A DNA stretch of 64,000 bases, from positions 672,001-736,000 of the forward strand of contig CAVSQW010000015.1 of the NCBI GenBank assembly GCA_963730185.1, written 5' to 3'. The notes under the pieces are model-generated. The model saw nothing but the letters and a program-made list of their open reading frames with translations. It searched no databases and had not been told where the DNA came from. Below, piece after piece: positions 53,211-62,618 of this stretch. The stretch comes from an uncultured Gemmatimonadales bacterium (GTDB taxonomy: Bacteria; Gemmatimonadota; Gemmatimonadetes; Gemmatimonadales; GWC2-71-9). Both the position numbers and the translations under genes were made by a program. How positions within the stretch are numbered: the first letter of the stretch is position 1; every line of letters begins with the position of its first letter.

Positions 53211-54503
53211 CTACGGCCGCGCCGAGGGACCGGGTTTCAGGACCCGGCCGCCCTGCATCACCCAGCTCACCCGCTGGGTGACCGTGATGTCCTCGACCGG
53301 ATTGCCGGGGACCGCGATCAGGTCGGCCAACTGGTCCGGCGCGATCCGGCCACGATCCGTGACGTCCAGGCACTCGGCCGCGTACGTCGTCGCGGTTCGG
53401 AGCGCTTCGACCGGGCTCATTCCGGCCTTGACGTAGGTCGCGAACTCGTGCGCGTTCTCGCCGTGGGGGTAGACCCCGGCGTCGGTCCCGAACGCGATCT
53501 TCACGCCCGCGGCGATCGCTTTTCGGAGACTCTGCCGGGCCAGAGGCATCACCGTCCTGGCCTTCTGCTGCACCAGGGGCGGCAGCACGTCGAGGTTGAT
53601 CCGGTCGACCAGATAGGCTGTCGGCACCAGCCAGGTACCGCGCTCCTTCATCATCGCGATCGCCTCGTCGTCCAGGATCGACCCGTGCTCGATCGACCAG
53701 ACGCCGGCCCGGACCGCGGCCTTGATGCCCTCGGTCCCATGGGCGTGGGCCGCCACCTTGACGCCGTGGCGGTTGGCCTCGTCGACCATCGCCTTGAGCT
53801 CCTCGTAGCTGTACTGCTGGGCGCCGACCGGGCCCTCGAGCGAGAGCACCCCGGCGGTCGCGCAGGTCTTGATGACCTTGGCGCCGTGCTTGATCTGGTA
53901 GCGCACGGCCTTGACCACCTCCCAGGGACCGTCGGCGACCCCGTCCTCCGGGGTCTGCTCCAGCACCCCGGGCGCGAAGCCGGTCACGTCGCAGTGGCCG
54001 CCGGTGATCCCGATCAGGTCACGGGAGGGGATCACCCGGGGACCGACCACCAGTCCCTTGTCCACGGCCTTGCCGAGGGCCACGGTGACGTCGCCGCCGA
54101 AGTCGCGGACCGTGGTGAAGCCGGCCATCACCGTCTTGACTGCGTTCGACGCGGCCTCGAAGGCGTAGTCGGCCATGGTGTTGGTGACCGGGGCGGTGAA
54201 CGAGTTGGGGCCGAGCTGCAGGGCCAGGTGGGTATGGAGGTCGATGAACCCGGGCAGGATGGTAACGTCGCCCAAGTCGATGGTCCGGGCCCCGGACGGG
54301 AGGGAGGACGGATTGACGGCCGCGATCTGGTCGCCCTCGATCACGATGACCGGGTTGGCGACGATCCGGCCCGCCACCGGATCGAACATCCGGGCGGCGC
54401 GGACCACGGTCGCCGGGCTGGACTGGGCTGGGGCAATGGAGGGTCGGGCGGCCGCGAGGCAAATCACGAGCGCCATCGAGCGCCGGAGAGCGCGAAGTCG
54501 CAT
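53211..54503 (-). CDS. Secreted metal-dependent amidohydrolase (Xaa-Pro dipeptidase-like)
   Basis: Signal peptide, PGFIDLHTH, GFTTVRD, AHAHG, IEHG, FGTDAG. Confidence 0.88.
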   Translation of the reverse strand: MRLRALRRSMALVICLAAARPSIAPAQSSPATVVRAARMFDPVAGRIVANPVIVIEGDQIAAVNPSSLPSGARTIDLGDVTILPGFIDLHTHLALQLGPNSFTAPVTNTMADYAFEAASNAVKTVMAGFTTVRDFGGDVTVALGKAVDKGLVVGPRVIPSRDLIGITGGHCDVTGFAPGVLEQTPEDGVADGPWEVVKAVRYQIKHGAKVIKTCATAGVLSLEGPVGAQQYSYEELKAMVDEANRHGVKVAAHAHGTEGIKAAVRAGVWSIEHGSILDDEAIAMMKERGTWLVPTAYLVDRINLDVLPPLVQQKARTVMPLARQSLRKAIAAGVKIAFGTDAGVYPHGENAHEFATYVKAGMSPVEALRTATTYAAECLDVTDRGRIAPDQLADLIAVPGNPVEDITVTQRVSWVMQGGRVLKPGPSARP

Positions 54504-54682
54504 GAGAATCTCTCGAAAAGGGAGTGGGACGGCGCGGGAAAGCTGCCCTCCCGCCGGGCGGCGTGCAACCCGCTGCGGGACTGAGGCTTGCTTGATCCCC
54601 CGTCGCGGCCGGGGTTACGTTTGGCCCAGGCGCGTTTCCGCGCGGTCAGTCCTCACGAGGTCACCTTCCACCCCCCGCACCC

Positions 54683-56347
54683 TTGACCCCCAAGCCCGAT
54701 CGAGCGCCGACCAAGGAGCCGCCCCGGCCCAGCCGCCTCCGGGGGCTCACCGACGAGTATCGTGAGCTGGCCGAGCGTCTCCGCCAAGGTGGCGGCCCGG
54801 ACCGAGTGGCCAAGATGCACCGCCAGGGCAAGCTCTCGCCCCGGGAGCGGGTGGCCGGGCTGCTCGATCCGGGCGCGCCGTGGGTCGAGGTCGGCCTCCT
54901 GGTGGCCTACGATCGCTACGACGGCCAGGCCCCCGGGGCGGGAGTGATCACGGGCGTGGGTGTCGTCGAGGGGCGGGAAGTGGTGGTGGTCGCCAACGAC
55001 GCGACCGTAAAGGCCGGCTCCTGGTGGCCCGAGACCATCGGGAAGATCCTCCGGGCCCAGGAGATCGCGATGCGCCAGCGCATCCCGATCATCTACCTGG
55101 TCGACAGCGCCGGGGTGAACCTTCCCTACCAGGGCGGGGTGTTCCCGGGTCAGTACGGCGCCGCTCGGATCTTCTATTACAACTCGATCATGCGGCGCTA
55201 CCTGCACGTGCCGCAGATCAGCGCGGTGATGGGTAGCTGCGTGGCCGGGGGGGCGTACCTCCCGGCGCTCTCCGACGTGATCTTCATGGTCGACGGCACC
55301 AGCTTCATGGGGCTGGGCGGGGCCAACCTGGTCAAGGGCGCCACCGGCCAGACCGTCGACGGCGAGGAGCTGGGCGGCGCCCGGACCCACACCGAGATCA
55401 GCGCCGTGGCCCATTACATGGCCGCGAACGACAAGGAGTGCCTGACCAAGATCCGCCAGTACGTGGGTCGGTTGCCGCGCTCGCCGGGTCTTCAGCACCG
55501 GCTGGCGGAGGTCGAGGCCCCCAAACGCTCTGCCGAGGATCTCTACCAGATCCTGCCGGAAAATCACCGGATGTCGTACCACGTGCGCGAGCTGCTCGAC
55601 TGCCTCCTCGACGGCGGCCGGCTGGAGGAGTTCCAGCCGCGAGTGGCGCAGGAGATGATCTGCGGCCACGCCCGGATCGAGGGCTGGCCGGTGGCCGTGA
55701 TCGTGAATGACCGCCGCCTGATCAAGGGCAAGAAGGGCGAGCCGCCCCGGTTCGGCGGGATCATCTATACCGAAAGCGCCGAGAAGGTGGCCTACTTCAT
55801 CGAGACCGCGAGCCGGGAGCGGCTCCCGATCCTGTTCATCCAGGACGTGAGCGGCTTCATGGTGGGGCCCGAGGCGGAGCACTCTGGCATCATCCGGGCC
55901 GGCGCCCGTTTCGTCGAGGCGATGGCCACCGCCGTGGTGCCCCGAATCGTGCTGACTGTGAACCATGCCTCGGGCGCCGGCTATTACGCCATGGCGGGGC
56001 AGGGCTTCGATCCGGACTTCATCGTCTCGCTGCCGACCGGACGGATGGGCGTGATGGAAGGCGAGTCGGCCATCATGGCGGTCCACGGCCGCGAGATCGA
56101 GAAGGCCAAGAAGGAAAAGCGGCCGGTGGCTCCGGACACCGAGGCGGCCATCGATCAGATGCGGGCCGACTACGACCGCGATCTCGACGCCCGCCACGCC
56201 GCGGCCCGAGGACAGGTCGACGCCATCGTGGCCCCGGAAGAGACCCGCGCCACGCTGGCGTTTCTGCTCCGCGTCTCGGCCAATTATGCCGGGCCCCACC
56301 TCGGGGCCTTCGTCCTGCCTCCCCTGGATGCCAATGCGCCGGCCTGA
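54683..56347 (+). CDS. Acyl-CoA carboxylase carboxyltransferase subunit (methylcrotonyl-CoA carboxylase beta-like)
   Basis: GKLSPRER, ANDATVKAG, LVDSAG, GSCVAGGAY, GFMVG, GAGYYAMAG; TTG start uncertain. Confidence 0.88.
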   Translation: MTPKPDRAPTKEPPRPSRLRGLTDEYRELAERLRQGGGPDRVAKMHRQGKLSPRERVAGLLDPGAPWVEVGLLVAYDRYDGQAPGAGVITGVGVVEGREVVVVANDATVKAGSWWPETIGKILRAQEIAMRQRIPIIYLVDSAGVNLPYQGGVFPGQYGAARIFYYNSIMRRYLHVPQISAVMGSCVAGGAYLPALSDVIFMVDGTSFMGLGGANLVKGATGQTVDGEELGGARTHTEISAVAHYMAANDKECLTKIRQYVGRLPRSPGLQHRLAEVEAPKRSAEDLYQILPENHRMSYHVRELLDCLLDGGRLEEFQPRVAQEMICGHARIEGWPVAVIVNDRRLIKGKKGEPPRFGGIIYTESAEKVAYFIETASRERLPILFIQDVSGFMVGPEAEHSGIIRAGARFVEAMATAVVPRIVLTVNHASGAGYYAMAGQGFDPDFIVSLPTGRMGVMEGESAIMAVHGREIEKAKKEKRPVAPDTEAAIDQMRADYDRDLDARHAAARGQVDAIVAPEETRATLAFLLRVSANYAGPHLGAFVLPPLDANAPA

Positions 56348-59144
56348 GCGATTCCTGGCCGGGCTGCTGGTGCTCGCGGCGTGCGCGCCGCGCCCCACCA
56401 CCACCCCGGCCCCCAACATGGATCCGGGGCGGACCCCGCCCCCACCAGCGGCCGTTCCGCCTCCGCCTCCACCCCCGGCCAGTCCCATCCTGCCCGCGAG
56501 CGAAGCCTTCCGCCGCGGGCTTCTGCCAGTGACCTCCACCAACGTCTGGGCCTACCGCCAGGATCACCCGACCTACGATGGGCGCGGGGTGCTGATCGGG
56601 GTCATGGACAGCGGCATCGATCCCACCATCCCCGGGTTGGGGGTCACCAGTACCGGCGACCCCAAGATCGTCGACCTCCGGGACTTTTCCGGCGAGGGGC
56701 GGGTCCCGCTGACGGCGATCGCGCCGTCCGGCGACAGCCTGACGGTGGACGGGGTAACCGTGCGTGGCCTGGCCCGGGTGGCCGGCTTCAATCCCCAGGG
56801 CCCCTTCTACCTCGGCACCCTGGTGGAGCGCCGGCTCGGCGAGATGCCGGCCAGCGACCTGAACGGGAACGGGACCAACCGCGATCGGCTGCCGGTGGTC
56901 GTAACCCGGGCGACCGATGGTTGGGTACTCTTCGCCGACACCGATGGCGACGGCTCGCTCGAGAACGAGCGGCCGGTGCACGACTACCTCCAGGCCCGGG
57001 AAACGTTCGGCTGGAGCACCGGCGGGCGGCCGTCGCCCCTCGGCGTCGCGGTCAACCTGGCCGACTCGGCCGGTGTTCCTCGGCTCGATCTCGTTTTCGA
57101 CAACAGCGGCCATGGCTCCCACGTCACCGGGATCGCGTCCGGCCACGACCTCTACGGCGTCAAGGGGTTCGACGGCGTGGCGCCGGGCGCTCAGGTGCTC
57201 GGCCTCAAGATCGCCAACGACGCCTTGGGCGGGATCTCCGTGACCGGCAGCATGGTCCGGGCGATGGACTATGCCGTCCGGTTCGCCAAGGACCGCGGGC
57301 TCCCCCTAGTGCTCAACCTGAGCTTCGGGGTGGGCAACGAGCAGGAAGGGAAGGCTCGGATCGACGCCCTGATGGACTCGGTCCTCGCCGCCAACCCCGG
57401 CGTGGTGCTGACCACCAGCGCCGGCAACGACGGCCCCGGCCTGTCCACCATGGGGTTCCCGGCCTCGGCCGCGCTGCCAATCACCATCGGCGCCACCTGG
57501 CCGGCGGTCTTTACCGGCCGCCCGGTCGGCGACGTGGTCGCCTTCTTCAGCGCCAGGGGCGCCGAGTTGGCCAAGCCGGATGTCGTGGCCCCCGGCATCG
57601 CGTACTCGAGCGTGCCTCGGTGGAACACCGGGGACGAGAACAAGAGCGGCACCAGCATGGCCTCGCCCCACGCCGCCGGCGTGGTGGCCTTGCTGCTTTC
57701 GGCCGCGAAGCAGGACGGTCGGACCGTCACCGCCGCCCAGGTCAAGCAGGCGATGGTCGGCTCCGCTCGTCCGTTGGCCGACGCGCTGCCGGTCGGGCAG
57801 GGGGCTGGGCTGATCGACGTCGTCGCCGCCGACGCCGTCCTCCGCCGCTTGCCCGCGATCGCCACCATGCGGGCGCAGGTGGGCTCGCTCCCGAGCGGCG
57901 GTGCCTATCGCCTGCTGGTGACGGGAGACTCGCCCGACACGACCGTCACCCTGTCTCTCGAGGGCGCCCTCCCCGGACCGATTCGGCTCCGGAGCGACGC
58001 GGCCTGGCTTCAGGTGCCGGCCTCGGTGACGCTCACTCCACCCCGGACCACGGTCTCCGCGGTGCTTCGGACCGGGATTCTCACGGCGCCCGGAGTGTAC
58101 GCCGGCACCATCACGGGGTGGGCGTCCGATACCACGATCGGGCCTCTCTTTCGGACCACCGCGACCGCGATCCGCCCGGCCACGGTGCCCGACTCAGGCT
58201 ACTCGATGACGGCCAGCCTGCCGCCGGGGGGGAATGCCCGGCTGTTCTTCGCCGCCGATACGGCTCGGCCGTTCCACGTGAGGGTCGGCGCCGGCCGGGG
58301 CGGTCAGACGGTGCTCGGCTTCCTCTACGAGCCCGGTGGGCAGCCCAACCGGACCGACAACCTCCTGCCGGGTGGCTTCGGCGATCGCGCCGCCAACTAC
58401 GAGATCGACGCCCGCGACCTCGAGCCGGGCGTCTACGAAGCCGTCGCCGCGGCCCCCCCCGGTGACTCGGCCACGGCGGTGGTGACGGTAACCCGGTCGC
58501 CGGTGGAGCTCCGGGCGGCCCGGACCCATCGTGATACGGTGGTCGCCACGGTCACCAATCGGGAGGCCGGGTCGGTCAGCGGCGCCGTGATGTTCGGCCT
58601 GGTCGGCGCCGAGCGCCGGCTCTCGTTCAGCCAGCGGGGCGGGGCGGCCCGGCGGGTGCCGGTCCGAGTACCCGCCTGGGCCCGCCGCCTGGTGGTGGAG
58701 CTCACCTTGCCCCGGGAGGAATGGCCCCTGTTCACCGACCTGGGTCTCTCGGTCTTCGACGGCTCCGGCCAGCTGCTCAAAGCCGAGCCGCTCAATTACC
58801 ATCTCGGCCGCCTGGCGATCGAGGTGCCGTCGGGCCTCGCCGGACACGACGCCGTGATCGAGGTGAGTCCCGGTTTCGCCGACCCCGTCCCGACCGCCCT
58901 CTGGAGTGGCGAGCTCGGGATCCGCTTCTACACCGAGACGCCAAGCCTGGTCACGGCGGCCAGCGCGACCGAGTTCCAGCTGGCGCCCGGAGCCACCACC
59001 ACGTCGCGGTTCGTGCTCGGCAAACTGCCCTTCGCCCTGGGCGACGGCTTCTTCCCGCTCGGGAACCTGGTCGTCGACGCGCGGGGCACCCTCTGGGGCC
59101 GGGAGACGCCCCTGCCCGAGCCGGCCCCGCCCGTCATGCGATGA
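56334..59144 (+). CDS. S8 subtilase, tripeptidyl-peptidase II-like lipoprotein
   Basis: Lipobox LAAC, Pro-rich linker, DSG (D92), HGSHV (H260), SAGN, GTSMASP (S441), long D-H insert. Confidence 0.88.
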   Translation: MRRPERFLAGLLVLAACAPRPTTTPAPNMDPGRTPPPPAAVPPPPPPPASPILPASEAFRRGLLPVTSTNVWAYRQDHPTYDGRGVLIGVMDSGIDPTIPGLGVTSTGDPKIVDLRDFSGEGRVPLTAIAPSGDSLTVDGVTVRGLARVAGFNPQGPFYLGTLVERRLGEMPASDLNGNGTNRDRLPVVVTRATDGWVLFADTDGDGSLENERPVHDYLQARETFGWSTGGRPSPLGVAVNLADSAGVPRLDLVFDNSGHGSHVTGIASGHDLYGVKGFDGVAPGAQVLGLKIANDALGGISVTGSMVRAMDYAVRFAKDRGLPLVLNLSFGVGNEQEGKARIDALMDSVLAANPGVVLTTSAGNDGPGLSTMGFPASAALPITIGATWPAVFTGRPVGDVVAFFSARGAELAKPDVVAPGIAYSSVPRWNTGDENKSGTSMASPHAAGVVALLLSAAKQDGRTVTAAQVKQAMVGSARPLADALPVGQGAGLIDVVAADAVLRRLPAIATMRAQVGSLPSGGAYRLLVTGDSPDTTVTLSLEGALPGPIRLRSDAAWLQVPASVTLTPPRTTVSAVLRTGILTAPGVYAGTITGWASDTTIGPLFRTTATAIRPATVPDSGYSMTASLPPGGNARLFFAADTARPFHVRVGAGRGGQTVLGFLYEPGGQPNRTDNLLPGGFGDRAANYEIDARDLEPGVYEAVAAAPPGDSATAVVTVTRSPVELRAARTHRDTVVATVTNREAGSVSGAVMFGLVGAERRLSFSQRGGAARRVPVRVPAWARRLVVELTLPREEWPLFTDLGLSVFDGSGQLLKAEPLNYHLGRLAIEVPSGLAGHDAVIEVSPGFADPVPTALWSGELGIRFYTETPSLVTAASATEFQLAPGATTTSRFVLGKLPFALGDGFFPLGNLVVDARGTLWGRETPLPEPAPPVMR

Positions 59145-59299
59145 AGGTGGTCCGGCTGGGCCTGGGCCTGGCCGGCATCGTCCTGGCCATCATCGGGGTC
59201 ACCCGCGACGATCGCCGGATCGTCTGGGTCGCCATCGTGGCCCTGATCGTAGCGCTGGCTCTCCGGCTCATGGACCGTCGCGACCGCTCGACTCGATAG
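59141..59299 (+). CDS. Small two-TM membrane protein (52 aa)
   Basis: ATGA overlap with the S8 gene; two hydrophobic helices separated by RDDRR; GC3-rich codons. Confidence 0.65.
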   Translation: MKVVRLGLGLAGIVLAIIGVTRDDRRIVWVAIVALIVALALRLMDRRDRSTR

Positions 59300-59364
59300 G
59301 CCGACGCAACCTCTCCGGCGTTCGGCGGGTCTGAGCAGGGGACTCGACTGCCTCGGAGCACCTC

Positions 59365-60621
59365 ATGTGCGCGTTCGGCCGGCCCGCCCTCTCCCTCGTC
59401 TCGATCCTGCTTCTGGCCGGCTGCGGGCGATCAGCCGCCGGCGGAGGGTTGAGCGTCGGGGTCGACTCCACCCCCGACACGGTGTTCGTGCAGGTCGCCG
59501 GCGCCGTCCCGCCGAGCCAGGACCGGCGGCTGGTCGAGGAGCTGAGAATCGCCCCCCCCGCCGACGATACCTCGCTGTTCACCCAGGTGTCCGGCTTCGC
59601 CGTGGACCGGGCCGGCCGCTTCTGGGCCTACGATCGCCCCACGCGATCGATCTTTCTCTTCGGCCCCGACGGCCGGCTGAGCCGGCGGATCGGGCGCGAG
59701 GGCGGTGGACCCGGAGAATTCCGAGGCAACAACGGCGTGGCGGTTCTCCCCGACGGCCGGGTCGCGGTTCTCGACGCGGCGAACGCCCGGATCTCGTTCC
59801 TCGACTCGACCGGAACCTTTCTGGAGAGCTGGCGGGTGCCGGCTGGATTCTCCACCGGCAACGGGCTCCGTACCGATCGCTCGGGCTCGCTCGAGCTGGT
59901 CCGGCCCGTCACCGGCCCCCGCGAAGGCGAGATCATCGGGCGGCTCGGCCTGGTCCGGCTCCGGGCGGGCGGAGGGTTCGGTGACTCGCTCCTGCCGCCG
60001 GACCTTCCGGTGCTGCGAGAGCCGTACGTGGCCAAGGTGGTGCAGGCCGGGAAGGTCGTCGGGGCGACGTCGGTCGGCTCGGACTACGCCCCCCGCTACC
60101 ACTGGACCTGGCATCCGGACGGCTACTTCGTCGTCGCCAACGGCGGGACCGGCGAGATGATCCTGGCCCGGCCGGACCGGAGGCCGCTGGCCATCGTCCG
60201 GTCGGCGCCCGCCGTGCCGATCCCGGACGACGCCCGGGCCGAAGAACGGGCCAGCATCACCCACCAGCTGCGGCGGAACGTCCCCGACTGGCGATGGTCG
60301 GGGCCGGACATCCCCGCCACCCTGGCGCCGATCCTCCGGCTGGCGGTCGGGCGCGACGGACGGATCTGGGCCCAGGTGGCCGCGCCCCTCGAGCGGATCC
60401 CGGACCAGGAGCTCGTGATTCCCCGCGATTCGACCGCGCTGGTCAGGCACTATCGGATTCCCACCGTCTTCGAGGTCTACAGTCCGGATGGCCGCTTCGT
60501 CGCCCGGGTGACCGCGCCGCCGTCGGTCCAGCTGATGGAGTCCGACGGCGACCGGGTGTGGGCGCTGGCTCGGGACGAGAACGACCTGCCCGCGCTGGTG
60601 CGGTTCAGGCTGGCGCCGTAG
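59365..60621 (+). CDS. 6-bladed beta-propeller (NHL/TolB-like) lipoprotein
   Basis: Lipobox LAGC, IGREGGGPGEF motif, repeated DxxG beta-hairpins. Confidence 0.8.
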   Translation: MCAFGRPALSLVSILLLAGCGRSAAGGGLSVGVDSTPDTVFVQVAGAVPPSQDRRLVEELRIAPPADDTSLFTQVSGFAVDRAGRFWAYDRPTRSIFLFGPDGRLSRRIGREGGGPGEFRGNNGVAVLPDGRVAVLDAANARISFLDSTGTFLESWRVPAGFSTGNGLRTDRSGSLELVRPVTGPREGEIIGRLGLVRLRAGGGFGDSLLPPDLPVLREPYVAKVVQAGKVVGATSVGSDYAPRYHWTWHPDGYFVVANGGTGEMILARPDRRPLAIVRSAPAVPIPDDARAEERASITHQLRRNVPDWRWSGPDIPATLAPILRLAVGRDGRIWAQVAAPLERIPDQELVIPRDSTALVRHYRIPTVFEVYSPDGRFVARVTAPPSVQLMESDGDRVWALARDENDLPALVRFRLAP

Positions 60622-60710
60622 TTTCCGCGGCGTCGATCGGCGCGCGACATGGCACCGGTCGAGCGGTTTTTCGGTTAGGCCCGTTTCGTGTGACCAGGCC
60701 ATCGTCAGGC

Positions 60711-62618
60711 ATGTCCTTGCCTTCGGTGGTCGCTCCGGCGAGCGAGGTCGACCTTCTCGCCCCGGCCCGCTCGCTGCTGGCCCGGCACTTCGGCTATCCC
60801 GACTTCCGGGCGCCGCAGGCCCGGGTCGTCCGCTCCGTCCTCCGCCGTCGTGACACACTCGGCGTGCTGCCCACCGGGGCGGGGAAGTCGGTCTGTTTTC
60901 AGATTCCGGCCCTCCTGTTCGAGGGGCTCACCGTCGTGATCTCACCGCTGGTCGCGTTGATGCACGATCAGGTGGAAGCCGCCCGCGCCCGGGGCATCGC
61001 CGCCCGGTGCCTCAACAGTCTGCAACCGCGCTCGCTCCAGGCCGAGATCAAGGGCGAGCTGCTCCGGGGCGAGCTCAAGCTGCTGTATGTGGCGCCCGAA
61101 CGGTGCCCGACCCTCCGAAAGGAGATCGAGGCCGGCGGCGTCCGGGTGGCGCTGCTGGCGGTCGACGAGGCCCACTGCCTGGCCGAATGGGGTCACGACT
61201 TCCGGCCCGCCTATCTCGGGCTCCGGAAATTCCGGGAAGCGGTGGGGCACCCACCCACCGTCGCCCTCACCGGCAGCGCCACGCCCGCGGTCCGGACCGA
61301 GATCGCGGCCGCACTGGGACTCGGTCGCCGGGGCGGCTACGACCTCCACCTCGGCTCGTTCGATCGGCGGAATCTCTGGTTTGGCGTGGTCCGGGTCGGG
61401 AGCGAGCGCGAGCGCCTTCGTCGTCTGCTCGATCTGCTCCGGACCGACGACCGGGTGGCGATCGTCTATGCGTCCACCCGGAACCTCACCGAGGCGCTCG
61501 CGAGGGTGCTGAACGAACGGGGCTTCCGGGCGGCGGCGTACCACGCCGGCCTCTCGCGGGAGCGACGGAGTCAGGTCCTGGAGGAATTCCTCGACGATCG
61601 ACTCGAGGTCGTCACCGCGACCTGCGCCTTCGGCATGGGGATCGACAAGCCGAACGTCCGGCTGGTCGTGCACTGGACCATGCCGGCCACGCCCGAGTCG
61701 TACTACCAGGAGGCGGGCCGAGCCGGCCGCGACGGCCAGCTGGCGCGCTGCGTTCTCCTCTACCGCGACGGCGACGCCGAGCTGCCGCGCCGCCAGCTGA
61801 GCGTGACCTTTCCGGATCGGCGGGTCGTGGAGCGCGCCTGGGCCGATCCGGCCGCCCGGGCCAAACTGCCCCGGAACGTGGCGGCGTCGGTGGAGCGGCT
61901 GGGGCGGGAGCTCTGGTGGGGCAGGAGCAAGTCGCGATGGGGCCGGGTGGAGCGGCGGCGCCGAGCAGCCGAGCGGCGCCTCGAAGCCGTGATGCGGTAC
62001 GCCTCCTCAGGCCACTGCCGCCGGCAGGCGATCCTGGAATACTTCGGCGAGCGCCTGGTCCGGTGCTCGGGGTGCGACCGGTGCGGGGCGCCGCGGCTGA
62101 CGCTCCGCGAGCCTGGTGCCCGGGCCCGCCTCCGCCGACTCGCCCGCCTCTCGCGGCGGACCGACGAGCCCTGGCCCGGCGGGCTGATCGACGCCAGGAC
62201 CCTGGGGCTCTTGGCCGCTCGGCCGCCGGCATCGATTGCGGAGCTCGCCTCGGTGCCGGGCATCGGGCCGGTCCTGGCGGCCCGGCATGGACGCGAGATC
62301 CTGGTCGCGCTCGCCGAGGCCTCCGGAGCGACCGCGCCGTCCTTGCCGGCCTCACTCACCGCCTGGCGGCTCCACCGGGCCCGAGAGCTCTCGGTGCCCG
62401 AGCCGCTCGTCGCCAGCGATGCCTTGCTCCAGGCCTTGGCAACGGAACGCCCCGCCACCCGTGCCGCCTTGGCCCGCTGTCCCGGCGTCGGGCCTCGGCT
62501 CCTGGCGGTGGAGGCCGAGGCCCTGCTGGCGCTGATCCGGGAGCTGCCTAACGAAGGTGCGTCGCCAGCCAGTCCACCAGCGTCCCGATCACCTGCCGGC
62601 TCACCGCCCGATCCTTGA
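60711..62618 (+). CDS. recQ: RecQ-family ATP-dependent DNA helicase with two HRDC-like domains
   Basis: PTGAGKS, VDEAHC..WGHDFRP, TGSAT, AFGMGIDK, YYQEAGRAGRDG, Zn site CRR...CSGCDRC. Confidence 0.92.
   Translation: MSLPSVVAPASEVDLLAPARSLLARHFGYPDFRAPQARVVRSVLRRRDTLGVLPTGAGKSVCFQIPALLFEGLTVVISPLVALMHDQVEAARARGIAARCLNSLQPRSLQAEIKGELLRGELKLLYVAPERCPTLRKEIEAGGVRVALLAVDEAHCLAEWGHDFRPAYLGLRKFREAVGHPPTVALTGSATPAVRTEIAAALGLGRRGGYDLHLGSFDRRNLWFGVVRVGSERERLRRLLDLLRTDDRVAIVYASTRNLTEALARVLNERGFRAAAYHAGLSRERRSQVLEEFLDDRLEVVTATCAFGMGIDKPNVRLVVHWTMPATPESYYQEAGRAGRDGQLARCVLLYRDGDAELPRRQLSVTFPDRRVVERAWADPAARAKLPRNVAASVERLGRELWWGRSKSRWGRVERRRRAAERRLEAVMRYASSGHCRRQAILEYFGERLVRCSGCDRCGAPRLTLREPGARARLRRLARLSRRTDEPWPGGLIDARTLGLLAARPPASIAELASVPGIGPVLAARHGREILVALAEASGATAPSLPASLTAWRLHRARELSVPEPLVASDALLQALATERPATRAALARCPGVGPRLLAVEAEALLALIRELPNEGASPASPPASRSPAGSPPDP

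Noticed and set aside
59307..59335. ECF-type promoter GCAACC-17-GTCTGA before the propeller lipoprotein
   Set aside because: Single weak match with no cognate sigma factor in the window; cannot be supported
60622..60710. LexA box upstream of recQ
   Set aside because: No GAAC-N7-GAAC or GTTC-N7-GTTC match in the interval
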